From Atractiella rhizophila (Eukaryota), in NCBI GenBank assembly GCA_021432655.1, contig MU271359.1, positions 1 to 64,000 on the forward strand: a stretch of DNA of 64,000 bases, in the 5' to 3' direction. Numbering within the stretch: position 1 is the first letter of the stretch; each line of letters starts with the position of its first letter. Shown one piece after another: positions 24,736 through 37,714 of this stretch. Below the pieces are notes generated by a model. That model was not told the origin of the DNA. It worked only from the letters and a program-made list of their open reading frames with translations, and made no database searches. The translations under genes were made by a program, and so were the position numbers.

Positions 24736-26833
24736 TCACAGAAGACCAGGAACTATCGCCTTCCTCTCAGCTGGCATTTGGGAGCCAAACTTCTCCTTAT
24801 ACCAAGCGTCTATTCCGTCCCATCAGATCAGTACCCAATCACGGCAAAGGGGGCGAGAGGATGCATACGAGTTTTGACTGCACGAGGTACCATTGTTCCG
24901 ATTTCAGCCCATACGAACAGCCAAGGGGGGCTATTGATCAAGAAAGAGAGGAGGGATGAGGTATCGATGGCTAAGCTAGAAGGGAGGAGAGTACGCTTGA
25001 AAGGGGTAGCAAGAAAGCTGAAGATGGTTCCTGCGGTGGAGCCTGTAGGGGGATGGTAAGGTGTCAAACTGGTACATGCGATGGCGAATCCAATCCATTC
25101 GACCCATTCGCAGAAGTATGCCGGGTTGCTGATCCCTCCAAAACCCTTGTCGAATAAGAACCCATGAGGGACTTCGTAGTGCCTTTTTTCACCCTCTTTT
25201 GGTTTCGGGCGATTCCTCCTTATCGAATAAAGGATCTCGTCATGAACAATGTTCCCGGCTAGGCCAATGGCCCAGAGGAAAATTCCTCCCCAGAACCCGA
25301 GTGGCCCTCCCCATCCCCTTCCTTGAAGCTGAACAGGCAACCGACCGCCAAGAAAACTTCCCATTAGGAAAGCGTTGAAAGTGTTGAAGAAGAGAGCAAC
25401 GACGACCACCACGACGTGCATGGGAGCGCGAGAAGGGTTTCGGAAACTTGAAATGACTGCTCGGTTAGCGTAGTGGATGAGGAAGAGACATGCGAGGAGG
25501 ACTCGAGGATACGGCAGAGCTTTTAGACGGGTAAGGGAAGGGTCGAGGAGGTCAGTGGTGCGTGTTGTAGATAGAGGAGGGGAGAGCGTTGAGAGGATGA
25601 GGAGGATGGGAGAGACGATTTCCATGCAGAACCATGCTGGGGTCCCTACGTTGGACTCTTAGAACCTAGTGATACGGGAAGGGGACGGAATAAACGAACC
25701 TGGCAGGCTGAATCCAGGACCTGATCCCTTGAAGAAGGAGCTGCCATACCTTCCGAATGGCGCCGCTGGAAAGAGGCAATCAACAGTTGCTCGACGTGGT
25801 TGTGATGCTCAAGCTTGGGAAGTATGAAATGTACAAGTTTGAGATTTGCTACGCTTTTGCGGTTTTCTTGTCTACGTAGCACTTGGGGCTTAATTTCTAC
25901 CCATTCTTTAGTCTATCAACCAAAGCTATTGTGCGATGACAACGCGAGGAAAGCGGCGCGTTGGTGAGGTCGGTTCCCAGAATCTGAGAGTGTAACGTAT
26001 TCATGATTCTCTCCTTCCCTCTTTGCACTACTGCGGTTGCATCCTAGTCGCATTGTGTAACGCAAGAAATACCCAATCAATCGGAAGAAGAGCAGAAGCA
26101 GTTTTTTTTGGCTCAAGGTCTGTCTCGTGTATCAAATAACATCTCACCATGTTGGAGGTGAAACAACAAAGGACACCTTTGCTCAGAATCACTCTGGGTG
26201 CAAAATTGGAGATATACCACTGCACGATTCTGAATGCTTATAACTGTCTTATCGTTAATGGGTTCTATAGACTTGCAGCCAAGATAAGACTGGTGCAGCT
26301 TATGCGACACTTCAGCTTATATACCTTCCCACTCATGCTCATTGGAAGTGGAAAGCCTCAAATCCGCACGCCTAACAAGCGTAATAACAAGCTGTGAATC
26401 ATATTTACAGAGCTGAACAGCTCAATCCATTGAGCGAGTTCCCGCGCATTGCGAGTCCTGCCACTTTCTCACGTATTGACGTGATCCTGCGGCAGCTGTT
26501 TCGAAGATCCATCATTCACAGAACTAAATGAAAAGACGAAAAAAGCAAAAAGCATTTTAAGGATCCACACACTTCCAATTCGGAATTCACGAATAGGTGT
26601 GGTAAGGTTATAAACCTCCAAAAGAGACAGGCAGCAACATGCTGAATACGTGAAGGCGTAGATGGAGCGCTACCGCTCAAGCAACCCATAACATGAATGG
26701 GACACTTACAAATATAGAATGTAACAGGTCCCAAGGCGGGAAATGCCTGGAAAATCTTGGAGAAGGCGGAATAGACTCCCTGTGTGCCGTATTGGCCTTG
26801 AAGAGCGCGGAGGACGTTGGAAAGAGTAGACAT
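24736..26833 (-). CDS. 3-oxo-5-alpha-steroid 4-dehydrogenase (SRD5A/DET2-like)
   Basis: Exon 1 (26833-26710, ..GPVTFYI) joins across a 944-nt intron to SAPFGRY. AWFCMEIVSP, HYANRA, GNIVHDEIL, YEVPHGFLF, PAYFCEWVEW, T|HAWYKEKF and RKAIVPGLL-TGA. Confidence 0.9.
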
Positions 26834-26984
26834 CGGCTGCTACCGCGAGTGCGTTCTGATTGATGACTGCTAACGGCTGAAAGGAATTGACTCGTTCTTC
26901 AGGGAAGTGTTCACTTGTGACGATGACAAACCATCCGTGAGAAAACATTTCAGATTATCAGTACCGGCAAGTCTCTACTTAGGA

Positions 26985-27064
26985 GAAGCAGTGGCCGAGT
27001 GGTCTAAGGCGGAGGATTTAAGTCCCTCTACGAAAGTGCGTGGGTTCGAACCCCACCTGCTTCA
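26985..27064 (+). tRNA. tRNA-Leu(UAA), intronless
   Basis: Acceptor stem GAAGCAG/CTGCTTC+A; D arm GCCGAGTGGTCTAAGGC; loop TT-TAA-GT; long variable arm TACGAAAGTG; T loop GGTTCGAACC; followed by a T-run terminator. Confidence 0.95.
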
Positions 27065-29176
27065 TTTTGTTTTTATCTTCTGCTTTGTGTGTCACTGAAC
27101 AATATGTTTTCCCTCCAACATCAGCGCGAGGTAATGCCTGAGGCGACCTACGTCATCCTCATATCCAACTTTTTACTCACAGCAGTTCTCACATGCTGTC
27201 TTTGTGATGGGCTTTGAATTACTGCCAGTGAGCAGCTATGTATTGATGGGGTATAAAGTGTCGGCAATGCCGTCCAACATGACCTGACGAAAGGGCAAAG
27301 AATAGAAACATCGGGAAGTCGAGTAGATACTAACTATCCAATGGCTCATTCGTGGCTTGGAACTAATCGTTCGATGGTGATGGCAAGCAGTAAAATCGAT
27401 TGATATATCCGTTTTCTTTCTTTGGAAGTGAGGATACTTGAGTGCTTTAGAACTCGGACTTCCCACTCCTGAAAGTCATTTCGATCATCCTGAGGAAGAT
27501 GTCAGGAGTCGGCTGACGGCTGACAAGGCATATGAACGCGCATCCAGAATTCCTTTCCGCTCTTCCAGAATGCAGGAAACACGGCGGGTTCTGTTCAACA
27601 CTGTCCAATCTCGCGATCTCGCAATTGCAATTGGAGAATTGAGACGGGCTTACGACCGGCAGTGTGTATCTATTGACACGGATTGACAGATGGATCAATC
27701 GTTTGAAAAATGGGACTCGCACTTAAAATATCCGCCTGGCCACCTCACCTCCCCCTCCCCTGATCCTCCAGCATCATCAGCAGTAAGATAACCCAACCCA
27801 AAGGTTCCGTTCCGCTGCGGCCGACCGGACAGCGACTTGAACAAAGACCGACTCTAGCCGAACAACAACGACGACTTTTAGAACCTGTGCCTTCAACCCT
27901 TTCGTGGGTCACGATAAGTACATCAAAGTTGGGTAATTACAGGTAGTTAGGAGGACGATAAAGAATGGTGAGTCCTTTCGTCAGTAGTGCTGGCTACTGT
28001 TGCCGCTTGGCTGAACAAAGCTGTTCCGATCGCAATCTTGGATGCTGATTGGATTTTCATGATTTCTTCGCTCTCGCAAAGCGTGAGACTGTGCGCCGAT
28101 ATGTTACTTGTGTCCCTCTTATTCGCCATTTAAATCCTTTCGCTGAACGCACTTTCAAGCCGTTGCTGAGTGGGTTCTTGATGCAGTCGTTTTGTTCTCA
28201 TCAACAGCTGAGACCTGCATGATGTGCCCTCTATTTCCCTCGATCGTTTGTACCGATGTACTAATCGCACTCTTCATCTCCCTCTGCTTTTGGGAGAGGG
28301 GAAGAGGAGTCTATTCAAAGATAAAATTAGAATTGGTTAAGGCTCCAAGCTGTCCAGCTGTGCTACGACTCTTGCTCTCCCAAAATCTTCTTCAGGTTCT
28401 ATTCGTTCTCTGATGTTAGGCCGATAACAAGCTATTTGTGTCCTGGTCGGATGATCAAGCAGACACACGCACCTGTCTTGACTGGTCGCGATTCTGATTT
28501 ACTGACTCATTGTTCCTTTACATCTTCGGTTTGTCGCTGCTGAAAGGCTGGAGAGGAATCGCTCCTGATCGGCGAATATGATCTCGTGTCGCGCAGCCCC
28601 TAACGAAATCGATGATGTTATAAGGGTCATTCGAGGATCTTGCTTCTGGAAGATGATTCCACGTTTCCATGGAGGTTCGCGAATGTGCGGCGACAAGCGT
28701 TCCTTCGTGATGAACTTCACGAGTCTATGTTATAGTCACATACGGCAATACAGCTCCTCACCGTTCTTGCCTCCTGACTAAGCCCATGATCTACACTTGG
28801 GACTCTCTACACTTCTGTGGTCAGAAGGAATAAGACCAATGTCGCCTGTTTTATATTTCTGGGAAGCGGGCAGTGGTTTGTAGCTGTTGCTACCGGAGGA
28901 ACACTGCGCCAGTAACTCCAAATCCAAGAGCGGAGAACGTGCGAAGATCACGAATTTGCCTGAGACGAGACTTCTTGTTCATCACTGCCGGTCAAGGTAA
29001 GCGGAGACCTCGTCAAGAGGCTTATCGCCGGTCTGCTCTCTAAACAGCCTAAACATGGAGGAGCAGTGTTCATTCTTTTTTATGATAGTAACCACCATCA
29101 GAGTAGTATTTCAACCATTGCCTTGCTCCTGGCACAGAAGCTGTGGTTCGCGTTAATACTTTTTTGAATCTGGAAG

Positions 29177-31611
29177 ATGGGGAAGAGAAAGCTGAAGGAC
29201 GTATCCGTTCTGGTCTACGTCCGTTTTCGCATTTTTTTTAGTTGCAGCAATCTTGTTGACCGCGTCCTGACGCTGACGGTACCTGCTCCCAACAGGCAAC
29301 CACACAACGCCGTCTCAACCTTGATTTAGGGGACATTGAAGTTCCAACCTCCCCACCATGGGACGCCCAACCTTCTTCCCCGTCCTCTCTCTCTTCCCAT
29401 TCCCAGCAATTCCAACCTCACCAGCCAAATGCGCCGCTCGATATCGGCCGCACCCGGTTTTCACTCGTCAACCTTCAATATTCAAACCCCTATGCGGCAT
29501 CACAAGAGTACGGGGGCGGAAACGGAAAGGATTTCATTCCGAAAGACGCGACCAACCCTTACGAGACAGACGAGCCTTTCAGCCCGTATAATTTCAGCCA
29601 GGTCCCCACAGGATCGTCGTCGAACATTAAGCTTGGAGGTGGTGGACCTGGGAACGGCCCAGGAGCACGGCCGGTTTCATCTGGCTCGGGGGGAAGACCA
29701 GTGTCTGTCTTCTCGAGTCGAAGTGCCAGTGGCGTGCAGAGCGGAGGGCCGAGCAGGAGGGAAACGAGGGATAGTACCGCGTTTGCATTGAGCGGATTGA
29801 GCATCGATAGCGGGAATGGGAGTGACAATAGGAGCCTTTCTGGCCCATTGAGCCCCGTCCTTGGAGCTGGAAATGCTGGCTTCAGGATTTATGGAAGAGA
29901 CGACTTATTAAGTAAGCCGTCGTCTTCCACTCGTGTCGAACTGGAGCTTAAATCCACGCTCAAAGATCGTTCGAATGCCTCCGTGACTACGACCGCTTTG
30001 GCCAGAGCGGTCTCAGAGCAGGAAGACTATTCTGTCGTCGATGGACTGTTGTTTTCGGTCCAAGAGCAGATTGACATTGGCGGAAGAGCGAGCGGAGAGA
30101 TTGCCCAACAGTTTGTAGATGCCGGGTTGGTGCAGAATCTTGATTCGCTACTTATTGCTCGTGGCGTTGAAGGTCTGGGATTGGAGATAGTCATTCAAAC
30201 CATTGGATATCTCGCGTCTGTCTTATTCTCTTTCATTGGAGATGAGTGTGATTGACGCACCTGAGATAGGCAAGATCCTCCGAGCTGCCTCACCATCGTT
30301 AAATCCCACCTCTTGTCTGGCCTTCTCTCGCACCTGACATCGCCACACAAAGCCGTCCTCAAGACGTTGACGCTTTGGGTTCTCGCTCGCCTCTGTTGCA
30401 CTTTGGAAATAGTGCAGATACTCCAAAAGTCGCTCTCTACGTCGATTGATGCCCTTCCTCTCGTACCCTGTCTGTTGACGAACGGCTTCACTCACCCTGC
30501 AGCGTCAACACAGGCTGCCTTCATACTTGGGAACACAGTATACAATGACGCGACGGCGGATGCGCTGATGAACACGAAGGGGTTTGTGGACACAATTGTT
30601 GGAGCTTTGAGGGCAACACTCACTAACCCATCGCCGCCGGCTGCGATGGAAGAAGAAGTTTCCAGCTACCTTTATGTCATAGCAAGGACGAGTAGGAGTA
30701 TCAAGATTGCGAAGACTTGGCATGCAGCTGGAGTCATCGATCTTATTGTTCGTTACCTTAACGGCTCTGATTCACCTCGAGTCCTACATTGGGCAGCAAG
30801 ATCTGTCGGATGTCTCATGAGACCTAATTCGTCAGTCTCTTCGTCGTCCTCTTCTGCTGTTTGCGGAAATTGAATGGATCTATCTGGTACAGGTCAGATA
30901 TGGCTCGTGCCCTTCTGGCAGCTGGAGCAGCTCGCGCTCTGGCGAGGCTCCCGAGAGTTGTAGGGCTTGAAGTAGAGCCTCTTGGATCTCTTGCCTTCGC
31001 GGTACAGCGTTTCAGCGCCGCGGAATGGGGGAGCGGGACGCGGAAAGCTCTCGTTGCTGCTGGTTCGTCTCAGCTCTATGCCGCTCACAATGTTGATCTG
31101 CTCACGTTTGAGGGATGAAGGCGTCGTGGACTCTCTCCTGTCCGCTTTCAGAGCAGTTGCTTCGCTTCCAGTCCCAGAGGCACAAGCGGAGATCGCATAT
31201 GCTATATCATCACTTTGTGATGTCGGTGGGGGGGAGCTGAGGAAGGAGATCGTCCGGACGGGTGGTATTGATGTTCTTAAGAGAGTTGGTGATAACTCTC
31301 CTAACAAGGATGTGCAGAAAGCTTGTGGTCTCGCTATTCAGGTACACAATCTCTTGTGAAACTGAGAAGAAACTGATTTATTCGAGCAACAGACTATTAC
31401 CGGAAACATCCTTACCAGGAATACTGCATCTGCTAAGACCGCTCTGAATCATAATTGGTCTGGAGGAGCAGATATGTTTAGGTGAGGCCTTATCACCTTA
31501 GCTTGGAATGATAATTGATGTGATCATGGCAGGCCATGGCCTTGCCCAATCGTTATATCTCCAACAAGTTCAGGCGATGGTAAAGAAATGATGAATTCAG
31601 ATCAGTACTGA
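29177..31611 (+). CDS. Armadillo-repeat protein with disordered N-terminus
   Basis: Spliced frames 29296-30213, 30270-30830 and onward give helical ARM-like repeats (LTLWVLARL, AAFILGN, WAARSVGCL, IVRTGGIDVLKRV). Start exon MGKRKLKD is inferred. Confidence 0.75.
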
Positions 31612-32030
31612 AAGTGCAACTGTATACCCACTTTGCTCCAGTTTCTATGATTAGGTCGAATCACTCCCCAAATAATCTACGCCCTCCTTTCAGTTCTGGG
31701 TACTTTGTTTGTTGTCTCTGTTGCGTACGAGGGCAATGTGATATGAGGGATGAAATGAATGAGTTCACCGGTGTACAAAGCAGTAAAGGCTACTTAGATG
31801 AAGTCACAAAGCAAACCAAGACCGAAACGGGGGGATAAAAGTGCGGGAACTACATCAGATGAGGATAGCAATGCTGCTACTGATACCAAGTTGAAATGTT
31901 TGTGCGCGGCGAGAGAACGCAGACAACCCTATGTGCGTTTGAAAGGAAAAATAATCCCAAAACAATAAATATAAACAATAAAGATCTACTCGCGCGCAAG
32001 AATGAAACACTGAAACACATCTACCTCAAC

Positions 32031-35000
32031 TTACTTTTCCACCACAAAACCCGCTTGATCCAAAGAAGTGAAGATGGCATCCTCATCGCTTGCAGTAGCG
32101 GCTGACTTCCAGATTGCTTCAAACTTGCTATTCGTTTTGCCTGGCTCCCTCGCAAATTGCAGATCAGTACTGGATTTGCTCCAATCGACTTCCAGGTTTG
32201 TCGTGATATTTCTGAAAACGTTCCCATTCGCGGAACCGAAAAATAGTGAACCTGAGCTGGAGATGGACGACATGGCAAAATTAATATCAGAGTCTTTAAT
32301 TCCTCCCCAAACGGATACTTCAAGTATGGGTATCGAATTGATGGCCGCCAAAAGACTTCCATCTGGCGGTGATCCAGTATTTGCGACAACGAAGTTGGCG
32401 AGTGCCTTTGCAGTGTCTACTGACATTAGGGAGAGATAAGAGAATAGAATGGATGAGAGGTGGTTAAAGATGCCAAAGTCGTTGGGGGAAGAAAACTGCG
32501 AGGAGAGAGTCCCATTCGCCGAACCTGCCAACAGGCCAACAAGCACCTCACCAGCTGAGGTCCATCAGTTTGATTCTGAATCTCGTAGAAGAACGCACCA
32601 TGGACCGTCACGCGGCTCTGCACTGCTTTCTCTAACACAATGGCCTGTCGTGGTAAAGTTGATCTTGAATCATCCTCCACGAAGGGTTGTCGCAAATTGA
32701 GGATATTGAGAACACCATACAGTCTAATATCTCATGAGCGCAATATCACAGGGGAGAGGTGGTACTCACGGTCGGGAAGTGCAATTAGTGTCCCCAGTGT
32801 TTGAGCTGCTGATGGAATCCAAACCAAACGCGCTGGCCTCGAGCGAATTAATGGTATCAATTTGTGACTGTGACAGTTCAGATCCGGGATAGCAGGATAT
32901 AGCTGGCGGGAACGATCCCGTTCCTAGAGAGAGAGAGAGTAAAGTCTTGTCGCCGAAGTTGGAGTTGGCGTCAAAAGGTACGACGATATCAGCAGCTTGG
33001 ATGTTGTCGACAAACGTAACTAGATCCGATAGCTCCAAGCCCAGTGTATCCATCCAGAAGTGCTGCAACGAAGTACTTCTTTGCGTATCAGTTGCAACGG
33101 AAGCAGTGGTGAGGGTATTGAGGATATTTTCCACTCCAGCATTTTGCACGGCTGTGCGCTGAGCCGTTTGGGGCGAGGCGTCCGTGACCCAGTCTGCAGT
33201 AGGGGAAATCACCGTTTGGTCCTTGAAGTCATATACAAATCCAGCTGAAGTAAATTGAAACGCGGCATTAGCCGCGTTGACGGTGCCAATTTGACTCTGC
33301 GAAACGGGTATGCGATCCCTGCCAACAGTCGTCAGCCTGGGAGCACTACAACAACAATATCATACCGTAAGGTAGAAAGATCCAGACCTGCAGCAAATTC
33401 TTTCAAGCCAGAGGTCGTCGATTCCTGCTGGGCGAAATCCCAGAGAATTGCGGCCTGAGCAAAGGTCACTCGACCAGGAAAATTGGCGAAGTTGGGCAGA
33501 TCGATTAGGTTGTATTGAACCGTGCAATCGTTTCCATTTGGAGGTGCGTTAAAGTAGGTTTTGAAAACATAGGAGAGTCGATTAACATCAATCACCGGCT
33601 GGAAGAGTCGTTGAGCGGTATTGACACTGGTCAAAATTCCTTCGGCAAGTTTCGAGCACGTCTTCTCATCGGCTCCATTTTGGACACACTGGCACTGTTG
33701 ATCGCTGCCTAAGCTTGAGCCGCCTTTCTTCACTAATCCAAGAATACCGGCGAGAGCAGCACCAATCAGCAAAAGAACAATAAGGACAGCGATAATAATC
33801 TTCTGTTTCCTTGTGAACTTTTTCCGCTTCTTCTTCTTCGACTTCTTCTTCTCCGCATCCGCATTACTGAGTTTGAACTGTGGAGCAACCTTCGCTTCGA
33901 AGTATCCTTTCTCCGGCCGTGCACTATCCGGCGGCTCGAAGTAGTCTTCACTTTCAATGGCTGGCGACATTGTTTCAACCTGTTGACGAGGGTATCCAAG
34001 CGCGGTTCGGGTAACAGAACGACGATAACTGTCCTTGCGCACTTGTTGCATCTCATCTGCCGACTTGATGCCCATTCCAAAGGGAGGAAGGCTGGTCGAC
34101 CACGATGATATGCGATCCTTCCAACTTTTCGATGACGTAGAACTTCGCTGCTTCGTCGTAGATTTCTTCCTCTCTGCTCCACTCCCAGGAGAATCATTGA
34201 GGTCAGTGGTCGAAGTTTCACGCAACATTAGGCTCTCTGGTCGCTTGATCAACTCACTCATGGGTACTGAGACAGCTGAAGAGAACGAGGATGTTTTCCC
34301 ATGTGCCCGCTTCTGTGTCTGTGTCTTCACAGTCGCCATCCTCGAGAGGATTTGAAGGTCTGCCAGAGCACCCTCTGTAAGCTTCGATTGAGGGGTATGT
34401 GGAGGAGGCATTTCCGGCATGTTCTGGAAATTGGGCACACCATCAGCGTAGGAAGAGCGCCGAGTTGCAGTATAGGGGAGGGACTGCATGCTTTCACCGG
34501 AGAACGGACGTTCCTTTTTCATCAAAGGATGATAGGTCTCTGCGCGCGGATCGGGGGAGAAAGTAGCAGAAGTCGCACTGAAATCGTACCGGCGGGGAGA
34601 TTCAGGAGACAGCTTTTTGCCGTCTTGTGGGGAGGGATGTGAGTGGACGAGCTTCTTGTCTTCCCAATTGTCATCAGCACCAGGAGTGTGTAAACCGATA
34701 TCATCAGGGTCCACAAAAGCTCCACGATCGCCCGCTATATTCGACTTGTTGAGTTTGCTAATTGCCTCTGACAACTCTCTCGTCAACGAATCCTCGTCGT
34801 CCAAACTCCTCAAGCTCTTAAGACTCTTGTTTCTGGGTAACGACAGGTTAGAAGCCCAGGGAGAATCAGAATTCGTTGCTCGAACGTCCAAGGGGTGCTG
34901 AGGACGGATATTAAGAGCTGGAGGCGCGGCTTTACCGCGCTGCAGTTGTGGCGCCGGCATGGGTGGGGGCAAATCAGGTACCACGTTAGGATTTCGCAAT

Positions 35001-36514
35001 GCCTCCCTAGAGCGGCCATAAGGCAAAACGGACGGTATGGCAGTTGTAAGCTTCGTAGTCCCTGCCTGCACCTCAGTCACAGTTCCTACCGACTCTCCTG
35101 TCTCGAGCGTTTCGCTGGCTGAAGCCCTGCGGGCATTCCAGTAGTACTCATCGTCGCGCTGCGGGCTGTCCTGGCTCTTCGGAGGCGTGCTCGGGTTAAA
35201 TGAGAAGTTACTGAGTGCAGGCGATTGGAGAGGAGGAGGAAGGGGGAACGCGGTAGCCATTGGTGATTTTTTGGCTGGTGAGAATCGTGGAGAATCTGCA
35301 CGTAGGCCGTTTGGATCCAGAGAAGGAGGAGAAGAGAGTGAATGAGTATCGTCTACCAATGTGGACGGTGAGGCTAAGGAACGTTCTGGAACTGCAACTG
35401 GCACGACAGAAGGGACAGCGACTGGCACTGGCACTGGTGGAGCGGAGCGGGAAGTGATAATAGCTGCCTTGCTTTTTGAAGCGACAGGAGTAGCAACCAT
35501 GGGCTCTGCGACGGAGCTATATGTCGCAGAAGTGACGATGGGCTGTGGAGCATTCTGTCGCAAGCGGTCATTCGACGGTTGACGAGGGAAGGATTGTTGT
35601 GGATGGGAATCGTAAGGAAGGTGATGCGACTCGACTGGCGCTCTCTCTTCAACAGATTGCTGACGGTCAAACGAAGGGTGGTAGTCGTCGGTCATCCAAC
35701 CGCTGACGTCCACAGTCGACGACCTAGACGAGACCATGGAGATAGACATCGAGCCCGTCGAGTATCTGCTGTCACCTGCAGTTGCTGCAGCGGTCGAATG
35801 AGCTGTCGTTGGGGGATACCCAAAAGAAGATCCAGCGGCACTATGATTGAGAAGGTCACCCGTTCCTGGTCTGGAACTTTCTCTACTCCCATTCATGCTT
35901 CTCGCCCCACTGGTATTCACACTCTCGCTTCTATCTTGTCCCCACATGCTAACTCCCAATCCCAATCCCAGAGCAGACTGTTGTTCCATTTTATAAAATG
36001 GGAACACAGCTGGTCCTTCTCCTTCGCTCTGCCTTCTCTCCCTCACCTCCTCCTGGAGATTCCCAATATAGGCGGCACTGCCAGGAGTTCCAGGTACTGA
36101 GCCACTCTTCTCGGCCCACGAATCCCTCCAAGCGGCAGGCGCATTCGAGGCGTTATATCCTCTGCTGGTAGGGAATTGCACGCCCTGTGTAGTTGCCGGA
36201 GACATGAGGACCTCCGGCTCCTCTTCCATTCTCATCTGCTTCTCAAATGCCAAAGGAGGAAGCACTGGCGGGGTGCGTGGAGAGGCTGGTCCCCGTTGGT
36301 ACTCTGGGACGCTGGCGAGGTGAGAATACGACTGGGGATTGTGCTGCTGTTGTTGTGGCTGCGGCTGGTGTTGGTATTGTGGATGATGTCCTTGTTGGTG
36401 CTGGTCGGAAAGGGGGAAGGGGAAATCGGAGGTGTCAAGGAGGGAAGACGAAGAGGTTCGGGCTGTGGCAAAGGTGTGCGCGCTCGTGCGCGTGTCTCGT
36501 TGGTGAGAAGCCAT
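32031..36514 (-). CDS. Large type II membrane protein of unknown function
   Basis: 1060-aa first ORF is S/P-rich and followed by KKKKRKK, one TM helix (IIIAVLIVLLLIGAALAGILGLV) and a Cys-containing C-terminal region continued in ORFs 32766-33212 and 32031-32546. The 3' end is uncertain. Confidence 0.8.
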
Positions 36515-37714
36515 GGCGGTTCACTGACGCGATAGACAATTGGGAAAGTAGCGAGCGTGGTTGAGAATTAGTTGTGATTATATGCTGTTATTCAAAATCG
36601 TCAGCGTTGGAGACGAGAAACATATCTGAGAGGTAGCTCGGAAGAACCCAAGGCCCTCAGGTGACCATCATCACTCACCGTAAAGGTGTACAGTTTACAA
36701 GCAGGCAACAGGCCATTGCACCACCACAAATAAAAACTTGCAAACAGACACCCCTTTCAAGACGAAATGATGGTACCACCAGACACTTGTATAATTCCTG
36801 GGCTACACTAGGTGGCCGAGCTGTCTAGCGCCAGGGTCTATTGCACTACTCGCTGCGACGACAATTTTCTTCTTTCCATGTATCACAAACAAACACGCCA
36901 TTAACCCCCGGAAGTTCAGCGCTCTCGGCGCTGGTGCGGATATCATACAGGATTGAGACTGGGTCATTTCGACATGCAAGAGAATTGCTGCTAGAAGGAC
37001 TTGCGTATACGGATTTTCAACTAATGTCGCTGTGCTCTTTGGCCATAAAATTAAAGAGATCTACACGCTTGTCAACTCTGATTGGCAGAGTTGGGCCTGC
37101 CACGCCTGACATGTGACAGGAACCTTTGAACTCCACATCTACTCCCTTCGAAATCCTTCTGAACAATCATCGTTTGCTCAAAAGCAAAGTAAAGCAATAA
37201 TCCAGAAACAACACGACGAGACACTTCCCCAGTCCAAAGCTCACAAGGATTGCGAAAAGACTTACCGTATCCACCTGAACCCCTCTCGATCATCCACTAC
37301 TAGTCTTCCACACCCAATGTTCACAACCAAGTCCGAGGGTATGTCGAGACCCCAACCCCTCAGTGAGAGGCGACAAGTATCCCCGTACGGCCAAAGAGGG
37401 ACAGTCGGACGAAGCGAGGAGATCGCTGGCGTTGTGCGGACTTGGAAGTCTTCGACCTGCGTAGAATGTTCGACCGTGTGTGCAGAAAAGACATTTCCGC
37501 CCGTCGGGTCCAGTCTAAACAGCGAAACGAAACGGATAATTTTAATTTTGAGCTACCCGAGATAAGGTAAGGCTTACATGTTCGCACTGGTGATGATTTA
37601 TTGGTTGCATTGTCATGAGTTTGGTTAGGTAACATTGAAGAATTGAAGAGCCAATGTCTTTGAAAGGCATCATTTCTGTTTCTTGGAATGACTCTCTCAG
37701 ATTCTCTCGCTCAG

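Noticed and set aside
25766..26709. Telomerase RNA, RNase P/MRP RNA, group I intron or TPP riboswitch as the identity of the long intron
   Set aside because: No CCCTAA-type template; GGGGCTTA lacks its P4 partner; GACTA has no downstream TAGTC for P7; no TPP core motif. Not excluded without cmscan.
29336..29791. 151-aa overlapping ORF in the ARM gene
   Set aside because: TTG start; the other frame is open from the acceptor at 29295 into the ARM region and explains the sequence.
36600..37700. 150-aa ORF 37113-37565 and neighbours
   Set aside because: GTG start, no domain and no convincing splice model.
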